A stretch of 64,000 nucleotides of DNA from Synechococcus sp. (GCA_047285535.1 JBJBDC010000001.1:2592136-2656135); one strand, 5' to 3'. Positions 34,074 to 43,828 are shown, counted from the first letter of the stretch. Notes: generated by a model from the letters alone, not told the origin. Translations and numbers: made by a program.

Positions 34074-34478
34074 TTGCTTTTACCCGTGCCACCAATTAAA
34101 GCTGAAGAAATCCCAAAGCTCCCATTGCTTGTCGTTGATGATGATCCTCGAATTCGCTCTGCGCTTGAAAATGAATTAGGGGAACTAGGAGCGACATCTA
34201 TTTTCTTTGATAATGGCTTTGATCTTATCGAGTATGCATCGAACAATCCTTCGGCTGGTATTTTTGTAGACTTACTTCTGCCTCAAATGAATGGCATTGA
34301 CTGCGTTAAGCGCTTAAGGGAACTTGGATATCAAGGTTTTATCATCATATGCACCAGTCTTTGGGATCAGGAGATTCGGAAACAGGCACTTGATGCAGGA
34401 GCTACTGATTATTTTATTAAGTCAGATCTCTTTAATGAGCTGGAGTCGATTCTGTCACGTTATTGCGAAGCAGCGTAG
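34074..34478 (+). CDS. Single-domain response regulator (CheY-like receiver)
   Basis: LLVVDDD, phospho-acceptor VDLLLPQMNG, CTS, GATDYFIK; no output domain; TTG 34074 or GTG 34086 start. Confidence 0.88.
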   Translation: MLLPVPPIKAEEIPKLPLLVVDDDPRIRSALENELGELGATSIFFDNGFDLIEYASNNPSAGIFVDLLLPQMNGIDCVKRLRELGYQGFIIICTSLWDQEIRKQALDAGATDYFIKSDLFNELESILSRYCEAA

Positions 34479-35192
34479 TCATGTTCATCTGATTGATGGC
34501 TGTGAGTTGTTCTTCATTGTTTAAGGTTCGATTGTCTCGTCTCTCCACATCTCCGATCGCCTGAAGTGGATGCGTGTTTTCTTCTGTCATGGTTGATAGC
34601 CCTCAGTGTCAAGCGTTCGCTTCGCTTGTCTTTACTAAATTTAGACGTTCATCTTTTGGTTGCACATCGATTGATTCGCAATTGACGCTCTGCATTATTT
34701 TCTCCTCTGTTACTGATCTGTTTGATCGGGTGAAAAGTCGTGTGTATAGAATTGGCCTTAACGTATTGCTTGCTGTACTGCCTGATCAGTACTTAAGTCC
34801 AGGTCAGTTCAACGGAAAAGGTTAGATCTATTGTTAATGCACGATGCTCAGACCCAAGTGAATAGATATGCTCTACCTAGCTAACTTCATCATCAAAAGC
34901 GATAGGCAGGATTTCAATTGGCGTTGGTTTTTAAGTTGCCACTTTTGAAAATTTGTTTTACTGTTCTCGTGTTGTGATGTGTTTTAGGTTTAGTACTTGC
35001 TTTTGCTCTTTTCCGGCGCTTGTCATGGTCAAATCAATATTTTTTATGGATGAATAGCTGTCGTAATTGGAGGCTAATGAGTAGTTTCCTTCATCAGTTT
35101 AATCTGATCCTTGTCAGGATGGAGATTGATGATGGTCGCTCCCTGTGGTTCAAGTTTTAATGTGATATTCATTCAAGGCTAATGCCTTAGCG

Positions 35193-35870
35193 TTGCCGAT
35201 GATTTTGTCGCTGCTTGGAATGGCGGTGATTTGGTCTGCTTCACCAGTGCTGGCATCAGAGCAGTCCTGCAAGGGCACTTTGTTGCAAATACAAGTTCAG
35301 GAAAGTGGGACGATCGCCAGCGATCGTTTTCGTTTTTCTCTGGAATTGCAGGCGGAAGCTTCAACCAAATCGGCCGCGTTGGCCTTGCTTCGCCAACGCC
35401 TGGATCGAGTGCGCCAAGACTTGAAGCATCTGGCTCTTGGTTCTCTTACGATTCCTGCTCCGCTTAGCTTTTCGTCTGGAGGAGCTGACTCTGCTCCAAG
35501 GATGGAGCACGCCAGTACAAGTGTTCGTGGTGAGGTCAGTCGTGGTCAATACGATGCGTTGATTCAAGCTGCTGCTCGTTTGCCTGGGGTTCGTCTGCAG
35601 GACATGACAGCCTTGGCTTCAATGACCGGTGAAATTGTCCTGCAGGATCGGCTGATGAAACAGGCCTTGCAGAAAGGAAGTCGCCAGGCGAAAGCCACCG
35701 CAGGATTGTTGGGATTGAGTCGAATCGAGCTACTTCGAAAGAATCAGCGCAGTGGAGGTATTCGGCCAGTGACCTATGAAGCCAGGACGTCTATGCCTAG
35801 ATTCCGTCCAGAAGAGGCGGCACAACCCATGCAATCGCTGATTCTTGACTTGGATTATTGCTTGCATTGA
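35193..35870 (+). CDS. SIMPL/DUF541-like exported protein
   Basis: Signal peptide (..SASPVLA); SIMPL-like pattern ALQKGSRQAKATAGLLG. Confidence 0.65.
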   Translation: MPMILSLLGMAVIWSASPVLASEQSCKGTLLQIQVQESGTIASDRFRFSLELQAEASTKSAALALLRQRLDRVRQDLKHLALGSLTIPAPLSFSSGGADSAPRMEHASTSVRGEVSRGQYDALIQAAARLPGVRLQDMTALASMTGEIVLQDRLMKQALQKGSRQAKATAGLLGLSRIELLRKNQRSGGIRPVTYEARTSMPRFRPEEAAQPMQSLILDLDYCLH

Positions 35871-35908
35871 GCGTGCTGGACACACTGAAGCCGTGATTCG
35901 CTCTGGGT

Positions 35909-37099
35909 ATGCGGAATCGTCTTTTGTGGATGGTCAGCTTGCTATTTGTGGCTTGGTTGGTCTGGGCTGAGACCAGTTTTCAGTTTTATGACCATGCTCT
36001 AGGTCGTGACCTGCAGCTCTCAGCGAGTCGCGTCTCGCTCATTGCTGGAAGTTTTTTGGTGCCTTACGGGTTGCTGCAGATCCCGGTGGGGCGTCTGCTT
36101 GATCAGGGCAGGGTGGACCGCTGGGTCTGGATCGCTGCTCTGGTTGCCTCTGGATTCAGTTTGACGTTTGCGTTCAGTACGGATCTTGTGGCTCTGATGG
36201 TCAGCCGCATGGGAATGGGTGTGGCCTGTGCTGTCGCTTTTCCAGCTTCAGCTCTGCTTGCCCGTCGAACCCTGCCGACCAGGAGGTTTGCTTTTGCAAT
36301 GGGATTAGCGGATAGCTTGTTGGGCTGGGGTGCGGCTTTTGCTGCAGTTGTCCCGCTGGCTTTCCCTGGAACTGTTTGGCGTCATTTGGTCTTGTTGCAA
36401 GCTCTGTTGTTAGCGCTGTTGGTGGTTGTGCCGGTGGTTTTGCTAGGGCGTGGTTGGCAGCCTCCACAACATTCGAGTCAGCACTTGGAATCCTTCCGTT
36501 CTGCTCAGTGGGATCGCAAAGGCATCGGTCAGGTGATCAAAGGATGTTTGATGTATGCATGGGGTGGTGGTTTCGTCTTTGGTCTGGCCCAGTACGGATT
36601 GATCTCAGGGTTGCGTTCTTGGGGTGGTGAGCGAATGCAATGGATGTCGTTGACGATGTCATTTGGGATTGGACTTGGAATGGTTTTGTCTGGTTGGATT
36701 GGTAGTCGTTCAAGCCGTCGGGGGCTTGTACTGCTTTCAGGTACAGGTCTCAACTTGTTGGCCTTGATCGCCTTGTTGCGACTTTCTAATGAAGCGGCAG
36801 GAGCATTGCTGTTATCAGCCTTGGCTCTTGGTCTGGGCCTTGGCGTCTCAGTACTGGCTTTCCCGATTGCTGAAGAGGCGGCACCGCCAGGGCAGACCGC
36901 CTTAACTGTTGCAACCGTGAACACCACAGGGACTGTGATGGGAGGAGTGATGTCAATAGTGTCTGGATTGATTTTGGAGGCATCAGCACCTGGAGATCTC
37001 ACTCCAGTGCTGGCGGTATACGGACTTCTGGGAATTTTTGGTGTAGTGATAGCGGCTTGGATTCAGCGGACCATCGCACCAACTCAAACAGCGATATGA
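35909..37099 (+). CDS. MFS transporter
   Basis: About 12 hydrophobic helices, QIPVGRLLDQG (motif A-like), SRMGMG. Confidence 0.88.
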   Translation: MRNRLLWMVSLLFVAWLVWAETSFQFYDHALGRDLQLSASRVSLIAGSFLVPYGLLQIPVGRLLDQGRVDRWVWIAALVASGFSLTFAFSTDLVALMVSRMGMGVACAVAFPASALLARRTLPTRRFAFAMGLADSLLGWGAAFAAVVPLAFPGTVWRHLVLLQALLLALLVVVPVVLLGRGWQPPQHSSQHLESFRSAQWDRKGIGQVIKGCLMYAWGGGFVFGLAQYGLISGLRSWGGERMQWMSLTMSFGIGLGMVLSGWIGSRSSRRGLVLLSGTGLNLLALIALLRLSNEAAGALLLSALALGLGLGVSVLAFPIAEEAAPPGQTALTVATVNTTGTVMGGVMSIVSGLILEASAPGDLTPVLAVYGLLGIFGVVIAAWIQRTIAPTQTAI

Positions 37100-37110
37100 C
37101 CGCTGCATTT

Positions 37111-37480
37111 TCATTCTTTAACAGCCAACCTCGGAGCACTCCAAAGAGTAAACAAAACTAGAGAAGTCAGTAGCGGAACTGCTGTGATCACGATGAAAGC
37201 TTGAAGAGCATCGATGGACGTACTTTCGCCCAGGCCGGTACCGATTCTCAGCAGCACTAAGGTGAGGCTGCCAATCATGAGAGCCCAGAATAGTTGCATC
37301 CTTTGAGATGGTTCATTGCGTCAGCTCACCACCATGGCCGCTGCATCGCTCATCGAATCGGCCATCGTGCTCTTGAATAAGACCACCAGCAAGAGCCCGA
37401 CAGGGTTCAGGGGGCCATCCAGCTGCAGCGCGCTCAGGATTGCGAGCAATGCTGCAGCTGCTTTGCGCTAGTGCTTCAGT
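37111..37480 (-). pseudogene. BCCT transporter pseudogene, C-terminal fragment
   Basis: Hand translation AAAALLAILSALQL..PVGLLLVVLFKSTMADSMSDAAAMVVS*RNEPSQRMQLFWALMIGSLT...DALQAFIVITAVP; in-frame TGA at 37323-37321. Confidence 0.8.
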
Positions 37481-37714
37481 GGAAAGTTGTTCATCCATTC
37501 TGTGTTCAAGCGTGAGACATGGCTGAGCAGGAAGCAATTGGAAAAGTTTGTTTGCATTCCCAAAGGCAAATCTCAACAACAGATGATATTTCGACCAAAT
37601 AAAAGTATTAAATATGTTTTGTGCTGTTCGAATTCCTGGTTTTTAACTTGCTGATAGGCGTAAGTTACAGCTAAATTAAGCCTATGCTGAATCTGCTGGC
37701 TCAACTTGCAACTG

Positions 37715-37891
37715 ATGCGTTTGAGTTGGGAAGAGCTTCCACCTCAATCCATCTCACAGCAGGGTCCCTCGCCCTTGTTTTTGGACCCCTTACCACGTTT
37801 ACTCGAAAAGGATGAGGAAGGCATCGATTGGCAGGAAAGATTGGAGTTGGATTACTCCTCATTGTCATGGCAACATCTTTTGTCCTGTTGA
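37715..37891 (+). CDS. Small acidic hypothetical protein (58 aa)
   Basis: MRLSWEELPP...DPLPRLLEKDEEGIDWQERLELDYSSLSWQHLLSC; protein-like composition only. Confidence 0.5.
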   Translation: MRLSWEELPPQSISQQGPSPLFLDPLPRLLEKDEEGIDWQERLELDYSSLSWQHLLSC

Positions 37892-38009
37892 TACTGCAGG
37901 TTGTATTGCCAATACCAGAAAATATTTCCTACAAGCAAGATGCAGTCAACTTTCTGACCCTCGTTTCCTGGCTGGAACTTATTCGATATTGCAGGGATAC
38001 CGATGGTCA

Positions 38010-38108
38010 GTGAACCACAAACCTAAGCTTGATTCAGATGTTGTCCTTATGGGAATGGCTGCATTTCTAGCGATCTTTTCCTTCTGCAATGCTGTAGTAG
38101 ACCTTTAG
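38010..38108 (+). CDS. Putative 32-aa single-TM microprotein
   Basis: GTG start; MNHKPKLDSDVVLMGMAAFLAIFSFCNAVVDL. Confidence 0.35.
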   Translation: MNHKPKLDSDVVLMGMAAFLAIFSFCNAVVDL

Positions 38109-38144
38109 CTTTTCCCGTACACGTCAACAGACAAATCTCTGCCA

Positions 38145-38273
38145 ATGAGCCCCATTGCAGCGACAATGATTACATTTGCCGATGGCGGCCTTTTTGCCTA
38201 TTTCACCTACGACGACATGAAAAACCTATTTGAAAGGCAAAGTCACACGACAAGAAAGAGTCCTAAAGCATAA
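38145..38273 (+). CDS. Putative 42-aa microprotein
   Basis: MSPIAATMITFADGGLFAYFTYDDMKNLFERQSHTTRKSPKA. Confidence 0.35.
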   Translation: MSPIAATMITFADGGLFAYFTYDDMKNLFERQSHTTRKSPKA

Positions 38274-38463
38274 ATATAGAATCATGGCAGCACTTGGCGC
38301 TGCTTTTACGGCAGTTATCGTCACTAGTATGGGGGCTATGTTTGTTGCAAATCATTGAAATCCTTGGCCTCTTTGCATAGTGCCTCCAACTATTTTCGCA
38401 GGCTTGACGATGTATTTGGCTGATCGCGTAAAAATTCGAGAACAGCTTGATTAAGTCAGTCAT
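38263..38463 (-). CDS. Small hypothetical protein (66 aa)
   Basis: MTDLIKLFSNFYAISQIHRQACENSWRHYAKR...; ATG start, ORF track. Confidence 0.4.
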   Translation of the reverse strand: MTDLIKLFSNFYAISQIHRQACENSWRHYAKRPRISMICNKHSPHTSDDNCRKSSAKCCHDSIFML

Positions 38464-38792
38464 GGCACAGTCTCGCGAAAAGTTCGACCTGTGTTGGCAC
38501 CATTGATTGGACAGGAGTTACTCCCTTGGAGGCAACTTTCTCTGCACAAATAACCCTATCAAATCTGTTGTTCAAGTATTCCTTCGTGAATTGCATCCGG
38601 TGTGGGTTTGAAAGAACTAGCGTGACTAGTGTTTTGCAGCAGTTTTCTCACCTTCTCTTGGATCAATAACTGTATTTCCCTGCTAACACCTAAGATGTGT
38701 GAGTATGTGCTCTCTTGACCGTTCATTCGATTGGGTGAATTCTGTAAGGCCGTGATGCAGACGTATTTGTTGGGTATTACAGATTCGATGAA

Positions 38793-39361
38793 GAGTTGTC
38801 CAGCGTTATGGCTGAGTTCAAGGGAGAGGAAGCTCGGAGATGTCCAAAATTGCCGGCGATTGCTGCTACAACCGAAAGGCCATCAGCTCAGTCGCCGATG
38901 GGGCCTTTGACCAGACCTTTGGGCAGGATGTTGATCCGTAGGGTGCGTGCCTGCAGAGGTTTGCCCCACTGTTCCAGAATTGAGAATGTGACCCAGTAGT
39001 TGTTGCAACAAGAGCCCAGGCCCGGAAGCCCCAGTGAAGGGAAGATCACCGCTTAGAAGGGATCGACTGCTGCCTCAGTGCTCCCAGCCACTCCCTTAAA
39101 GATTGGTATAGGGGCTTGAAAGTGCTAGATCGGCTCAGCCGCAGACCAGAAGACACCGCCGCCTGCAAGCAGCGTGCACATCAAGACGGTGCACCACTCA
39201 AAGACTTTGAGTCTTGGCTTTGCTGTTACTCCACCCAACCGAAGGTGTCCCACTGGACTGATCGCAATGGTCAGGTCGATCAGGAATAGGGGTACAAGGA
39301 TCCACTGCCCTAACCCTGGTCATGAGCAAAGGGCTCAGTACAAGGTTGTTCTGTCAGTCAT
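38793..39361 (-). pseudogene. BCCT (betaine/choline/carnitine) transporter pseudogene, N-terminal fragment
   Basis: Hand translation ISPVGHLRLGG..KP..FEWCTVLMCTLLAGGGVFWSAAEPI*HF...LHWGFRAWALVA...GPIGD*ADGLSVVAAIAG; stops at 39127, 39055 and 38890 plus frameshifts. Confidence 0.85.
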
Positions 39362-39374
39362 TCACAATATGGCT

Positions 39375-39974
39375 TCAGTCTTGGCTTTGGTGAGCACCGA
39401 GAAGTATTTCCAGCTCTGGTTTTAGCAGAGCAAAGGCTCGTCCTCGATGTCCGTGTTTTTTTTTGGTTTCTAGGCTCATTTCAGCAAAGGTGAGCCCACT
39501 GTCCTTGACCTCAAAAACTGGGTCATAACCGAAGCCTTGGGCACCGCGAGCAGAGAAGGTGATCGATCCTTCACAGTGCCCTTCTACTTCGGCAAGCGTG
39601 CTGCCGTCTGGGGCCGCAATGCAAAGGGCAGCGCTAAAGCGGGCCTGTCTGTTGTTGCAGTCTCCTAGTTCCCGCAAGAGACGTTGAATCCGTTCTGGAT
39701 CGGAGGCTGCGTATCGTGCGGAATAGACACCTGGCGCTCCATCAAGAGCATCAACGCTCAGGCCTGAATCATCGGCGAGTGCCCAATGGCCTGTTGCTGC
39801 GGCGACAGCCTTTGCTTTCAGGATGGCGTTATCGCGGAAGGTGTTGCCGCTTTCTACGACTTGAATCCCCTCTGGTTGTGCCTCAACGTGTAGCGGAAAA
39901 CCATGCAGCAGGCTTGAAAATTCTTGGATTTTGCCGGCATTGCCGCTGGCAATGACCAAAACGCGATCTTTCAT
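39375..39974 (-). CDS. rdgB: Non-canonical purine NTP pyrophosphatase (Ham1)
   Basis: ASGNAGKI, ADDSGL, APGVYSARY, GFGYDPVF, HRGRA. Confidence 0.94.
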   Translation of the reverse strand: MKDRVLVIASGNAGKIQEFSSLLHGFPLHVEAQPEGIQVVESGNTFRDNAILKAKAVAAATGHWALADDSGLSVDALDGAPGVYSARYAASDPERIQRLLRELGDCNNRQARFSAALCIAAPDGSTLAEVEGHCEGSITFSARGAQGFGYDPVFEVKDSGLTFAEMSLETKKKHGHRGRAFALLKPELEILLGAHQSQD

Positions 39975-41434
39975 ATTGTTTCTGCAAAGGTGCGGGCCCA
40001 ACTCAGAACTTCAGCGAGCCGTGACTGGGTCGGAGCTTCGCAATAAACGCGAAGTAAAGGTTCTGTCCCCGAGAAGCGAAGCATTAGCCAATGGCTTGGG
40101 CCAAGTCTTAACTTGATCCCGTCTATGGTCACTACCTCCTGCACGGCGCACCCGGCCACTTCTTGGGGAGGCTTGTCCGCTAACAGACTTTCTAGTCGAC
40201 GGCGGCAGTCCATATCGGCTAGGTGCAGATCAAGTCGGTCGTAATAGGCCTCCCCACCACAACGTTTTTGAAGTGCATGCATACGAGCACCTAATGGAAG
40301 CCCTCCTTCCACCAAGGCTTCAAGCACAAGCATGGCTGCAAAGAGGGCGTCACGTTCGGGCAGGTGCATCCCAAATCCCACCCCGCCGGACTCCTCGCCG
40401 CCGATCAGGACCTCCCTGCTAAGCATTTCGGCAGCGATGTATTTGAAGCCCACGGGAAGTTCGAGCACTTCACGCCCCAGATTTTCCGCAACCACTCGCA
40501 TTAAATCGGAGCCGCTGACCGTTTTGACCACCAAACCTGGAAGATTCCTGGCCCTCGCCAAGTGGTCGGTGAGCAGCGGCATTAATTGTTGAGTGCTGCA
40601 GAAGATTCCATTCTCATCAACAGCAGCGACTCGGTCGCCATCGCCGTCAAATACCAGTCCTACGGCGTGCTGACCTGCTTCTTTTGAAGCTTTCACTGCT
40701 GCAATCAGTTGCTTCAGATTAGGGGCCAGGGGCTCGGGCGCATACCCCCCGAATAAAGGATCACGGACGCTTCGTATCTCGGTGATCAGATCCTTGGCAT
40801 CAGGTCCAAACAGATCAGAAATGCAACCGGCTGCAGAGCCATGCATGGGATCCACGATCACGCGTAAACCCATCGCTCGGAGCCCATGGGTCAGCGGCTT
40901 GAGATCTAATTTTGTTCGCAACCCTGCAAGATGTTCACTACGGCCATCAAAACGTTCGTAACGACTCGCCAACGGCATTGTGATGCCACCAGCGGTTAAT
41001 CGTCGTTCCACCGCTGCGGTGAATGTGCCTTCAACCGATCCACCAAATGGACCTTTGATTTTCAAGCCAATCCATTCTGGAGGATTATGGCTTGCTGTGA
41101 TGACAAGTGCTCCCAGCGCTTGCCTCTCCACTACTGCCCAGCTGCAGGCAGGAGTCGGTACTGCAGTGTTGGTCAGTAGTGGTTTTAGGTCGCAGCCTTG
41201 AACTGCTGCAGCAACGGCTTCGGCGAGTTCAGGGGCGAGGAAGCGGCGGTCATAGCCAATCACCACAGTCCTGCTATTAATGCTTCTAGGCGCCTGATGG
41301 GCTAGCTCCTGGGCGGCAGCAACGGCTACAGGAATCAACCGTTCCATTGTGATATCAACTCCCAGAATGCCTCGCCAACCATCGGTGCCAAAACGGATCG
41401 GAGACGCAACCAGCGGGAGAGGAGCAGACACCAT
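39971..41434 (-). CDS. Phosphoglucomutase/phosphomannomutase family
   Basis: FGTDGWRG, TASHNP, DGDGDR, GEESGG, RFSGTEP. Confidence 0.93.
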   Translation of the reverse strand: MVSAPLPLVASPIRFGTDGWRGILGVDITMERLIPVAVAAAQELAHQAPRSINSRTVVIGYDRRFLAPELAEAVAAAVQGCDLKPLLTNTAVPTPACSWAVVERQALGALVITASHNPPEWIGLKIKGPFGGSVEGTFTAAVERRLTAGGITMPLASRYERFDGRSEHLAGLRTKLDLKPLTHGLRAMGLRVIVDPMHGSAAGCISDLFGPDAKDLITEIRSVRDPLFGGYAPEPLAPNLKQLIAAVKASKEAGQHAVGLVFDGDGDRVAAVDENGIFCSTQQLMPLLTDHLARARNLPGLVVKTVSGSDLMRVVAENLGREVLELPVGFKYIAAEMLSREVLIGGEESGGVGFGMHLPERDALFAAMLVLEALVEGGLPLGARMHALQKRCGGEAYYDRLDLHLADMDCRRRLESLLADKPPQEVAGCAVQEVVTIDGIKLRLGPSHWLMLRFSGTEPLLRVYCEAPTQSRLAEVLSWARTFAETI

Positions 41435-41486
41435 GGGTAGCAATCGGTTCACTGGATCTAGCAGCTGGCCGGCTTAACGTGGATTA

Positions 41487-43019
41487 ATGGGTGCCACCCC
41501 TACCGCTGACAAGCCCCTCACGGACAGATTGCTGAGAAGCTGGGTGCGCTGTCGACGCCGTGCATGGCTTGATCGCCATGCCGATCCCAAGGATCGGCTT
41601 TACACCGCGCATCGCACTCTGCAGTTGGATGATCAGCAGCGGAGTTTTATGGCGTTGCTGCCTGGCAAACCCGGTCATGGGCTTAAAGCCTGTGAGCGTG
41701 GTGATGCTGGGGTGGTGGGACTGAGGTTGCGCGGTTTTCTTCAGAATGACTCTTTACTTGAAGGTGTTGCGCTTGAAGCACATCCACCACTTCTTCAGAG
41801 GGTTAAAGGATCGAGCCATTGGGGTGGGTTTGCCTATCGGCCAGTAATAGCTCGGCAGGGTCGCAGATTGACCCGTGAACATCGCTTACCCCTTGCCTTG
41901 GCGGGACGCCTATTGGCGACGTTTCAAAGTAGTGAGGTGCCTGAAGCCCTTGCAGTAGCTCGTTCTGGACGAGGCTTGGAGCTTGAGCGTCTTCCGCTTG
42001 GAATCAGTCTGCATCGTCAGTTGGATGAATCTCTTCTGAGACTTTTGCGAGATTTAAAGAGAGTCGATCCGCCCCCTCTGGCCGCCGATCGACGCAAATG
42101 CATGCTTTGCAGCTGGCGGGGGCTATGCAATGACGTTGCTTCTGAGCAGGGGCATCTCAGTGAAGTCAGTGGGATTGGCGCCAAAAGGCGTGAGATGCTT
42201 CACGAAATTGGTGTTAATAGCCTTCATGCCTTGGCGGCAGCTAATCCCCAGGAGCTCGGAGGCAAGCTCAAGCGCTTCGGCGAGCAGCATGCAGCGATGG
42301 GTGCATCTTTGGTGTCTCAGGCCCGTGTCCAGCGTGACGGTGTAGTTGAGCGTCTTGATACTCTCCCGGCGCTGCCCGAATTAGTGAATGCTCCTGGGGT
42401 GTTGCTTTACGACATCGAATCAGATCCGGATGCACGTGATGACTTTTTGCATGGATTTGTGCGCCTTCCCCATGATCGCGACAACGGTTGGGATTTGACT
42501 CGTGCCAGCTATCACCCGCTTTTGGTGCTTCAAGAGCACGGTGAGAAGCGTTGCTGGCTCAGGCTTCAGCGCTTTCTTGCGACGTATCCAGATTGGCGAA
42601 TCCTTCATTACGGCGAAACTGAGTCACTTGCGTTGTTGCGTATGGCCAAACGCCAGAGGGCTTCAATGCTGGAACAGCAAGCTCTTAAGGAGCGGTTGAT
42701 TGATGTTCATGCCCGCTTGCGAGCCCATTGGCAGCTTCCTCTGAATAATTATGGGCTCAAGGCCGTGGCTGGTTGGAGAGGATTCAAATGGAGGCAATCT
42801 GGGGTTGATGGGGCAAGGGCTTTGTTGTGGTGGCGTCAGTGGCGAGGCGATGGAGTCGACGCGAGGGGTTCCAGCAACGCGTTGCGTTGGATATTGAACT
42901 ACAACCGAGATGATGGATTGGCTACTTGGTCGGTGGCGTATTGGTTGTTGAGTAGCGATCAACGCATGACTGATGCGCGAGAGGGTGGCTCAGAAAAGGC
43001 GAGAGGTTTAAACATCTGA
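41487..43019 (+). CDS. TM0106-family RecB-like nuclease with RNase H-like C-terminal domain
   Basis: RCRRRAWL, KCMLCSWRGLC, HhH-like SGIG, YDIESDP, YGLKAVA, YNRDD. Confidence 0.8.
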   Translation: MGATPTADKPLTDRLLRSWVRCRRRAWLDRHADPKDRLYTAHRTLQLDDQQRSFMALLPGKPGHGLKACERGDAGVVGLRLRGFLQNDSLLEGVALEAHPPLLQRVKGSSHWGGFAYRPVIARQGRRLTREHRLPLALAGRLLATFQSSEVPEALAVARSGRGLELERLPLGISLHRQLDESLLRLLRDLKRVDPPPLAADRRKCMLCSWRGLCNDVASEQGHLSEVSGIGAKRREMLHEIGVNSLHALAAANPQELGGKLKRFGEQHAAMGASLVSQARVQRDGVVERLDTLPALPELVNAPGVLLYDIESDPDARDDFLHGFVRLPHDRDNGWDLTRASYHPLLVLQEHGEKRCWLRLQRFLATYPDWRILHYGETESLALLRMAKRQRASMLEQQALKERLIDVHARLRAHWQLPLNNYGLKAVAGWRGFKWRQSGVDGARALLWWRQWRGDGVDARGSSNALRWILNYNRDDGLATWSVAYWLLSSDQRMTDAREGGSEKARGLNI

Positions 43020-43828
43020 ATCGAGGTTTGTTCATCTTCGATCTTGAGTTCTGCTTCCGATAAAGCTTTCCGGCGTATCAGCGCGAGGCCGACCCATCCC
43101 TGAGGATCTCCATTAGTGTTTTCAATTTGAAGAGCGGAGGTGATGACACCAGCCCGTTCGCCTTTGCACATCAACACGGTTCCATGCTCTGGAGGTTTGT
43201 CTGGAGAGTCGTTCAATGTGGTTCGCCAACTACGTAGCTGTTGCTTGACTGCGCCTCTGGAAGACAGCTTTGCGACCGTCTCTTGCCCTAGATAACAACC
43301 CTTGTTGAGGTTCACCCAAGGGGAGAGACCCAGTTCGAATGGATTGGTTGTTCCATCCAATTCAGCAGGTCCTAGAGGCCAACCCTGTTCCAGGCGCCAA
43401 TGATCAAGTTGGTCTTTGTTGACGACGACCCCCAATTCTGAAAATTGATTATTTGTGTTTTGGTCGTCTGTTGCCCAAAGCACGTTACCCGGGTCCAAAG
43501 GCTGGCCTTTGATCAGCAGCTCTTGTCGGCGCTGTTGTCTCGTGCCTTTAAGGCATAGGTGATCTGCAGGAAAGATCACGCGATCGAAACCTTGACTGAC
43601 GTCATCAACTGTGCCAGCCAGAACGAGTACATCAGCGCCTGTGGCGTCCAATCGGATTTCAAGAAGGGCCTGGACCCTTCCATTGGCATCAAGCCAACAG
43701 GTCGGAAATGGAGTGCAAGCTTCCGCTTGCAGGATGTCAGAACTGGTTTGACCATGAAGAAAAGTGCGACTACCACTGCCCTCGAGTCGCAGCACTGGGA
43801 AGTGTTGATCCCACAAAAGTCTGCTCAT
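42959..43828 (-). CDS. ygfZ: Folate-binding protein YgfZ
   Basis: [19 protein letters not shown] signature. Confidence 0.9.
   Translation of the reverse strand: MSRLLWDQHFPVLRLEGSGSRTFLHGQTSSDILQAEACTPFPTCWLDANGRVQALLEIRLDATGADVLVLAGTVDDVSQGFDRVIFPADHLCLKGTRQQRRQELLIKGQPLDPGNVLWATDDQNTNNQFSELGVVVNKDQLDHWRLEQGWPLGPAELDGTTNPFELGLSPWVNLNKGCYLGQETVAKLSSRGAVKQQLRSWRTTLNDSPDKPPEHGTVLMCKGERAGVITSALQIENTNGDPQGWVGLALIRRKALSEAELKIEDEQTSIQMFKPLAFSEPPSRASVMR

Larger units (their letters stand above)
29963..35190. other. AT-rich accessory segment, mostly non-coding or decayed
   Basis: Only two convincing ORFs in 5.2 kb. Hand count 13/60 GC at 33961-34020 versus 28/60 in ndhK (13441-13500). No integrase or terminal repeats seen. 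Confidence 0.75.

Noticed and set aside
34432..34590. 52-aa minus-strand ORF (MTEENTHPLQAIG...)
   Set aside because: Overlaps the receiver gene end, has no recognisable motif, and cannot be distinguished from chance
37313..37579. 88-aa minus-strand ORF in the track
   Set aside because: Mostly an alternative frame over the BCCT C-terminal remnant
38717..38770. CGTTCA start resembling glutamine riboswitch motifs
   Set aside because: Downstream GGAACG/GACGGAAG elements and a matching target gene are absent
39000..39370. Apparently ORF-free stretch with small palindromes (GTGCAC x2, ACTCAAAGACTTTGAGT), first suspected to be a structured ncRNA such as rnpB or 6S
   Set aside because: Minus-strand translation gives clear BCCT motifs; no RNase P or 6S hallmarks seen
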